From IMG/VR virus record IMGVR_UViG_2609459790_000003: DNA of 20,393 nucleotides. One strand, written 5' to 3'. Shown piece by piece: positions 16,608-20,393 of this stretch. The DNA comes from a virus. Taxonomy: Duplodnaviria > Heunggongvirae > Uroviricota > Caudoviricetes. The position numbers and the translations under genes were made by a program. Under the pieces are notes generated by a model, which saw only the letters and a program-made list of their open reading frames with translations, searched no databases and was not told the origin of the DNA. The number at the start of each line of letters is the position of its first letter. Within the stretch, counting starts at the first letter, position 1.

Positions 16608-17433
16608 GGACCGCCTCCAGACGCTTAGCGAGCCAGCGTTGCGACAGGCGGGTGAGTTCTCCTTTGCGCTGCTCATATTCCATGCCCATATCAATTAACG
16701 TGATATTGGTGCTTTCGAGATATGAGAGGTGCTCAAGCTGTTCTGCGTTCATATGGTCGCGAGGTTCGCCAGAATAGCCATTTATCCGCGCCCACTGCTT
16801 AGCAGTTAGCCCACCAAGAACGATACGAGAAATCATATTGCTCTCGTTTGTGTAGTGGTGTTGCTGCGTCGTTTTCCCCTGCTCGGCACGGGCCATATTC
16901 AGCGCATCGCACATTGGCTTAAAGTTGTTTGCGGCACTGATACGGGCTTTTAGCTGGCGACGATAGCGGGCGGCGATTTCAGGCACGCTACGCTGTAATT
17001 CTTCCTCGCACTGGATGAAATAACGACGGATAGCGCGACCCTGATCATTGCGTTCGATCATTGCCAGTTCTTTCGCCATTCCGACACTTAACAGATAGTC
17101 TTTGCCGGGTCTGCCAGACGGCTTAATCTTGCTGTAAGCCGCGCCATTCGGGCTTTTCCCCAAATTTGGGGAAATTGTTTTATGGACTGAGTAATCGTGC
17201 CCAATGGTGAAGTCATATTCAGAGATGCGATCAGTGATCCATGTAGAGAAGTCTTTTCCCACGCCCAACGCTTTGTGTAACGCTTTTGCGCTAACAATAT
17301 TGGTTTCACGCCCACCGATGTGACCAGGAATAACCGGGACAATTGCGGCAAATTCATTACCGTTAATGGTGCCCAGAGAGGCGTTCAGATGAGGGGCGGC
17401 CTCAGAAATTAATCTGCTTTTTTCGATGTTCAT
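16600..17433 (-). CDS. AntA/AntB-type antirepressor family protein
   Basis: N-terminus AAIVPVIPGHIGGRETNIVSAKALHKALGVGKDFSTWITDRISEYDFTIGHDY matches the AntA-domain pattern; GGAG Shine-Dalgarno 8 nt upstream of the ATG. Confidence 0.8.
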   Translation of the reverse strand: MNIEKSRLISEAAPHLNASLGTINGNEFAAIVPVIPGHIGGRETNIVSAKALHKALGVGKDFSTWITDRISEYDFTIGHDYSVHKTISPNLGKSPNGAAYSKIKPSGRPGKDYLLSVGMAKELAMIERNDQGRAIRRYFIQCEEELQRSVPEIAARYRRQLKARISAANNFKPMCDALNMARAEQGKTTQQHHYTNESNMISRIVLGGLTAKQWARINGYSGEPRDHMNAEQLEHLSYLESTNITLIDMGMEYEQRKGELTRLSQRWLAKRLEAVHV

Positions 17434-17445
17434 TTTCAGTCTCCG

Positions 17446-17877
17446 TTAGGCGGCGTTAAACGCGTCCGGGTAGAGTTTCAGAATGTCGGCAATTTCCTGC
17501 TGAGAAAGTCCGTTGTGATCATTTATGTTCGCAAGATGGTTAATATGAGTGATCACTTTCAGAACATCACCGCGGCAGGAGAAACGGTAGCGAAGGTGTG
17601 TTCCGATACCATCAGGATTCTTTTCGTCGATACGCTCCAGAGTGATTCCAAGCTGGCGTTCTAACTCTGTTGCATAGTTACGACCAGAAGACAGACGGCA
17701 GTAGCGAAGAATGTCATTTTCTGTCCATCCCTCTATACCAGTACGCAGCATATAGACTCTGGCACGATGCTTTTTCGGTGTGCGCTTTGGTGCTTGAAGG
17801 GATTTTGTAAGGGGCGTAACATCAGATACGCGAATATCTGAATTAGCCGCCTGTAATGGGCGGTTTTTCTTTTCCAT
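17446..17877 (-). CDS. hypothetical protein with basic N-terminus (143 aa)
   Basis: ATG overlaps the AlpA-like stop (ATGA); no domain recognised. Confidence 0.75.
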   Translation of the reverse strand: MEKKNRPLQAANSDIRVSDVTPLTKSLQAPKRTPKKHRARVYMLRTGIEGWTENDILRYCRLSSGRNYATELERQLGITLERIDEKNPDGIGTHLRYRFSCRGDVLKVITHINHLANINDHNGLSQQEIADILKLYPDAFNAA

Positions 17878-18080
17878 CAGGCTACCTTCCCGCGGCGTTC
17901 TGCCAGCCAGTTGTGAATCTCAACCGCATCAAACGCAGTTATTTTTTCTCCCAACTTTACCGGACGTGGTAGTGAACCGTTTCTTACTTTACGGTCGATA
18001 GTGGATACACTAACGCCCAGCAATTCAGCCAGGCGAAAGCGTCTGATATAGCCTTTTGTAGGAATCGTGTCGGTGTTCAT
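17877..18080 (-). CDS. AlpA/excisionase-like HTH regulator
   Basis: RLAELLGVSVSTIDRKVRNGSLPRPVKLGEK...EIHNWL matches the HTH pattern of AlpA/Xis-type proteins; first gene of the leftward operon, adjacent to the integrase region. Confidence 0.8.
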   Translation of the reverse strand: MNTDTIPTKGYIRRFRLAELLGVSVSTIDRKVRNGSLPRPVKLGEKITAFDAVEIHNWLAERRGKVA

Positions 18081-18192
18081 GCTTCCCGTAACCTCTTAGC
18101 GATAGTTGTTGCTTCGTTACGGGTATTTAATGGTGTGCATGCTCAAAAGTGAATTACAGTAAATTTTATTGTCACGATACTAAATTTTATTA
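18081..18192 (-). promoter_or_regulatory. putative promoter/operator and 5' leader of the AlpA-led operon
   Basis: 8-bp inverted repeat CCCGTAAC / GTTACGGG (18085-18123) enclosing the AAGAGG ribosome-binding site, plus two direct TAAATTTTATT repeats (18159-18169 and 18181-18191). Promoter hexamers not resolved. Confidence 0.3.
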
Positions 18193-19038
18193 TCATGATT
18201 TCTTCTTTCCTGCCGTGGTACGTTTTTCCGGCAATCTGTCCATGTCAGATATGATCTTCTTTAAATAATCTGTAGATGGTTCATCATAATCGCCACCCAC
18301 ATGTGGCCAGTGGTCTATCGTAGCGTTTGCCCACGCTTCGTTGGTTTCTTTCCCGTTTTTCCCTTTGCACTCTTCAGGATAGTGCCGTTTCACATAAATC
18401 AACGCCATAATGCTATTCTCACGGTTCAGGCTATGTCGTGCTCTATTTCCATGCTCTATGTTTTTAAATTCCTTTTCATAAAGATCGTGTGAACCCAAAT
18501 GGAGTATGCTGGGTATTGGCTGATTTTTATCCATGCTTTCAGCTATATATTCAACCCACGGTCTTGATATATACAAATCTTCCACAGACGATACGGTGGT
18601 ATCATGTTCGCGATAATCGTAGAAAAAGTAACGTCCTGATGTGATATCTAGTTCTTTTTTTATATATGCTGGTGAGAATATGAGTGGAATGTCAGGGGCT
18701 CTCTTAACCCCTGCAAGGGAAGCAATGAAATCACTAGGAACGTGCCATAACCCACTTGCTAAGCACTTCATACCATCGAAAACACCTTCATTTAGATATC
18801 TTTCGGTATCTTCTCTAGTAGAAATAATAGAACCAAATAATAAGTTTTCTATGTCTTTGCTGCCGTGGTCTGGTGGCAAGTTTCTCGCTTGATAGAGTAC
18901 GCCTTCATACTGGTGAATTATTGTGCTCAAAAATATAGAGCCTGATACTCCCATAAGTAGAAGATCATCGACTTCTATTTCTAATAAATTTGCTGCTCTA
19001 TTAAGTCGGAAAAAGAGATTTGGTGGTAGTTTTTTCAT
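18193..19038 (-). CDS. AT-rich orphan cargo protein (281 aa), function unknown
   Basis: Long clean ORF, about 40% GC against GC-richer flanks, no recognisable domain; sits between the integrase and AlpA-like genes. Confidence 0.85.
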   Translation of the reverse strand: MKKLPPNLFFRLNRAANLLEIEVDDLLLMGVSGSIFLSTIIHQYEGVLYQARNLPPDHGSKDIENLLFGSIISTREDTERYLNEGVFDGMKCLASGLWHVPSDFIASLAGVKRAPDIPLIFSPAYIKKELDITSGRYFFYDYREHDTTVSSVEDLYISRPWVEYIAESMDKNQPIPSILHLGSHDLYEKEFKNIEHGNRARHSLNRENSIMALIYVKRHYPEECKGKNGKETNEAWANATIDHWPHVGGDYDEPSTDYLKKIISDMDRLPEKRTTAGKKKS

Positions 19039-19133
19039 TGCGTCACCTTTTACGCTGCGCCTTATTTTGTGATTGAGCCAGGCGGTAAGGCTTCCCGCTT
19101 TTCGCCCCGTCGAGCTAGGCTCAATCTATTCAG

Positions 19134-20393
19134 TTAGTTCGCCCTTCTGAGAGGCGTTACGTTGTAGTCTTTTCCGCTTTCCAGCGCCACCAGCAGATCA
19201 GCCCACTGTGCCAGTGCTGCTTTACGCTCATCAAAATACTGATGGCGGTTATAAATCCCCTCTACGCCCTTAATGCGATGATTGAGGCATCGTTCCGCCA
19301 CAACAGGATCAACACCCAACGCTGCTAAATGAGTCCGTGCGGTGCGTCGGAAATCGTGAATCGTGAAATTAGGCACATCCGGCATTTCGGCGCGAACCTT
19401 AGCCAGTGCTACGGGTAAAGTGCTTTCCTGAATATGTGGGATCATTCTGTTTTGCATCTTCCTGGCCGGAAGCACCCATGCGCTATTACATGAAAAGGTG
19501 TGTAGCTCTCTCAACCATTCAACGGCTGGGGAAGGTAGAGGTATATCAATAGGGTCTCCGTTTTTGCTGCGTTCTTCCGGCAAATGCCATACCGCACCAT
19601 CTAAATCAAACTCTTCCCATCGTGCGGCACATAACTCCATCTTACGAACGCATAGTGCCAGCAATAGCTTAAATGTCAGTTCGTTCTGGCGGCTGAATCC
19701 TTTTGCGGTGCGCATAGCCTCGAATAGCCTGATAAGCTCATCGCGAGTTAGCCAACGGTCGCGGGAAACCTCTTTACCACCAGCATCAGATATTTCAAAC
19801 GCTGAACAAGGGTTTATCTCCAGAGCGTGGCGTTTTATCCCATAGTCAAAGATACGGCGTGTCCAGCGTAATACATCTGTTGCTATCGTTGGTGCTCCTC
19901 GGTCAACGATACCTTTCAACATGTCGTCAATGTGGCGTGGCTTAACGTCCTCTACCTTCATATACCCAATGCAGGGGTTAATATCCTTATCAATTCTCCG
20001 GCGAAGGATATCGGGATGTTTCCATCTCGGAAGTATCTGGCGCTCGAAGTATTCGGCGGCCAGATCTGAAACGCGTATGGCGTTTTTCTCAGCCTCCATT
20101 TTTGCCAGTGCTTCTGCTTTTCGTTCCTGTTTCTCTGCTGCTACATCATAGCCAAGGGCAACTCTGGCTGACAGCTCTTTTGCTGTTTCTCTGGCTTTTG
20201 ATAGTGACAGTTCGGAGTAAGAGCCGATAACCATAGCCCGCTGTTTTCCTGCGAGCTTATATCGGAATCGCCAGAACGGGACTGTGTAGTTTTTGGGGTA
20301 GCAAATATAAAGGCCGTTGCCGTCTGCCTTGCCATCAAATCTGTCTCCCGCCTTTATCCATGCGCGGATCTGCATATCTGTGAGTTTTGGCAT
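19134..20393 (-). CDS. P4-type tyrosine integrase
   Basis: N-terminal arm-binding pattern (MPKLTDMQIRAW...GLYICYP...WRFRYKLAGKQR), C-terminal catalytic residues (HDFRRTARTHL, HxxR, GIYNRHQY). The ATG is the last three bases of the window, so the upstream att region is not visible. Confidence 0.93.
   Translation of the reverse strand: MPKLTDMQIRAWIKAGDRFDGKADGNGLYICYPKNYTVPFWRFRYKLAGKQRAMVIGSYSELSLSKARETAKELSARVALGYDVAAEKQERKAEALAKMEAEKNAIRVSDLAAEYFERQILPRWKHPDILRRRIDKDINPCIGYMKVEDVKPRHIDDMLKGIVDRGAPTIATDVLRWTRRIFDYGIKRHALEINPCSAFEISDAGGKEVSRDRWLTRDELIRLFEAMRTAKGFSRQNELTFKLLLALCVRKMELCAARWEEFDLDGAVWHLPEERSKNGDPIDIPLPSPAVEWLRELHTFSCNSAWVLPARKMQNRMIPHIQESTLPVALAKVRAEMPDVPNFTIHDFRRTARTHLAALGVDPVVAERCLNHRIKGVEGIYNRHQYFDERKAALAQWADLLVALESGKDYNVTPLRRAN

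Larger units (their letters stand above)
1969..20393 (-). mobile_element. integrated P4-like satellite or prophage-like island, boundaries incomplete
   Basis: Contains int, two AlpA-like genes, an antirepressor, a primase-helicase with iterons, and cargo. The left junction lies somewhere between the dinD promoter (about 890) and 1969; the right junction is beyond 20393. Confidence 0.6.

Noticed and set aside
1-20393. Search for tRNA, rRNA, CRISPR arrays and transposases
   Set aside because: No cloverleaf-like tRNA sequence, no regularly spaced repeat-spacer array and no transposase-like ORF were seen; the integrase target site is presumably just beyond the right edge.

Overview
The window starts with the chromosomal SOS gene dinD (minus strand, with its canonical LexA box) and is otherwise filled by a ~19 kb integrated element that ends in a P4-type tyrosine integrase at the right edge. 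The element is read almost entirely on the minus strand: int, an AT-rich orphan cargo gene, an AlpA-like regulator, an AntA-like antirepressor, a chain of translationally coupled small genes, and a P4-alpha-like primase-helicase. Downstream of the primase lies a separate transcription unit (terminator, then a -10 box with a LexA-like box) encoding a small RHH-like protein, a 153-aa protein, a Gly-zipper protein, a Gln-rich coiled-coil protein and a 908-aa protein with an N-terminal lytic transglycosylase domain, followed by an AT-rich lipoprotein. By gene order, sizes and composition this resembles a podovirus internal-virion/ejection-protein cassette, but no capsid, portal or terminase genes are present; this is the main candidate for an undescribed system and rests on inference, not on a search. 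Two ~120-bp arrays of the 9-mer GTTGGTTCA, sharing a perfect 49-bp core in inverted orientation, bracket this segment 8.6 kb apart, one abutting the primase gene (P4 ori/crr-like). No tRNA, rRNA, CRISPR array or transposase was found; the att site is presumably beyond the right edge. All family assignments are from reading the translations and could not be checked against databases.
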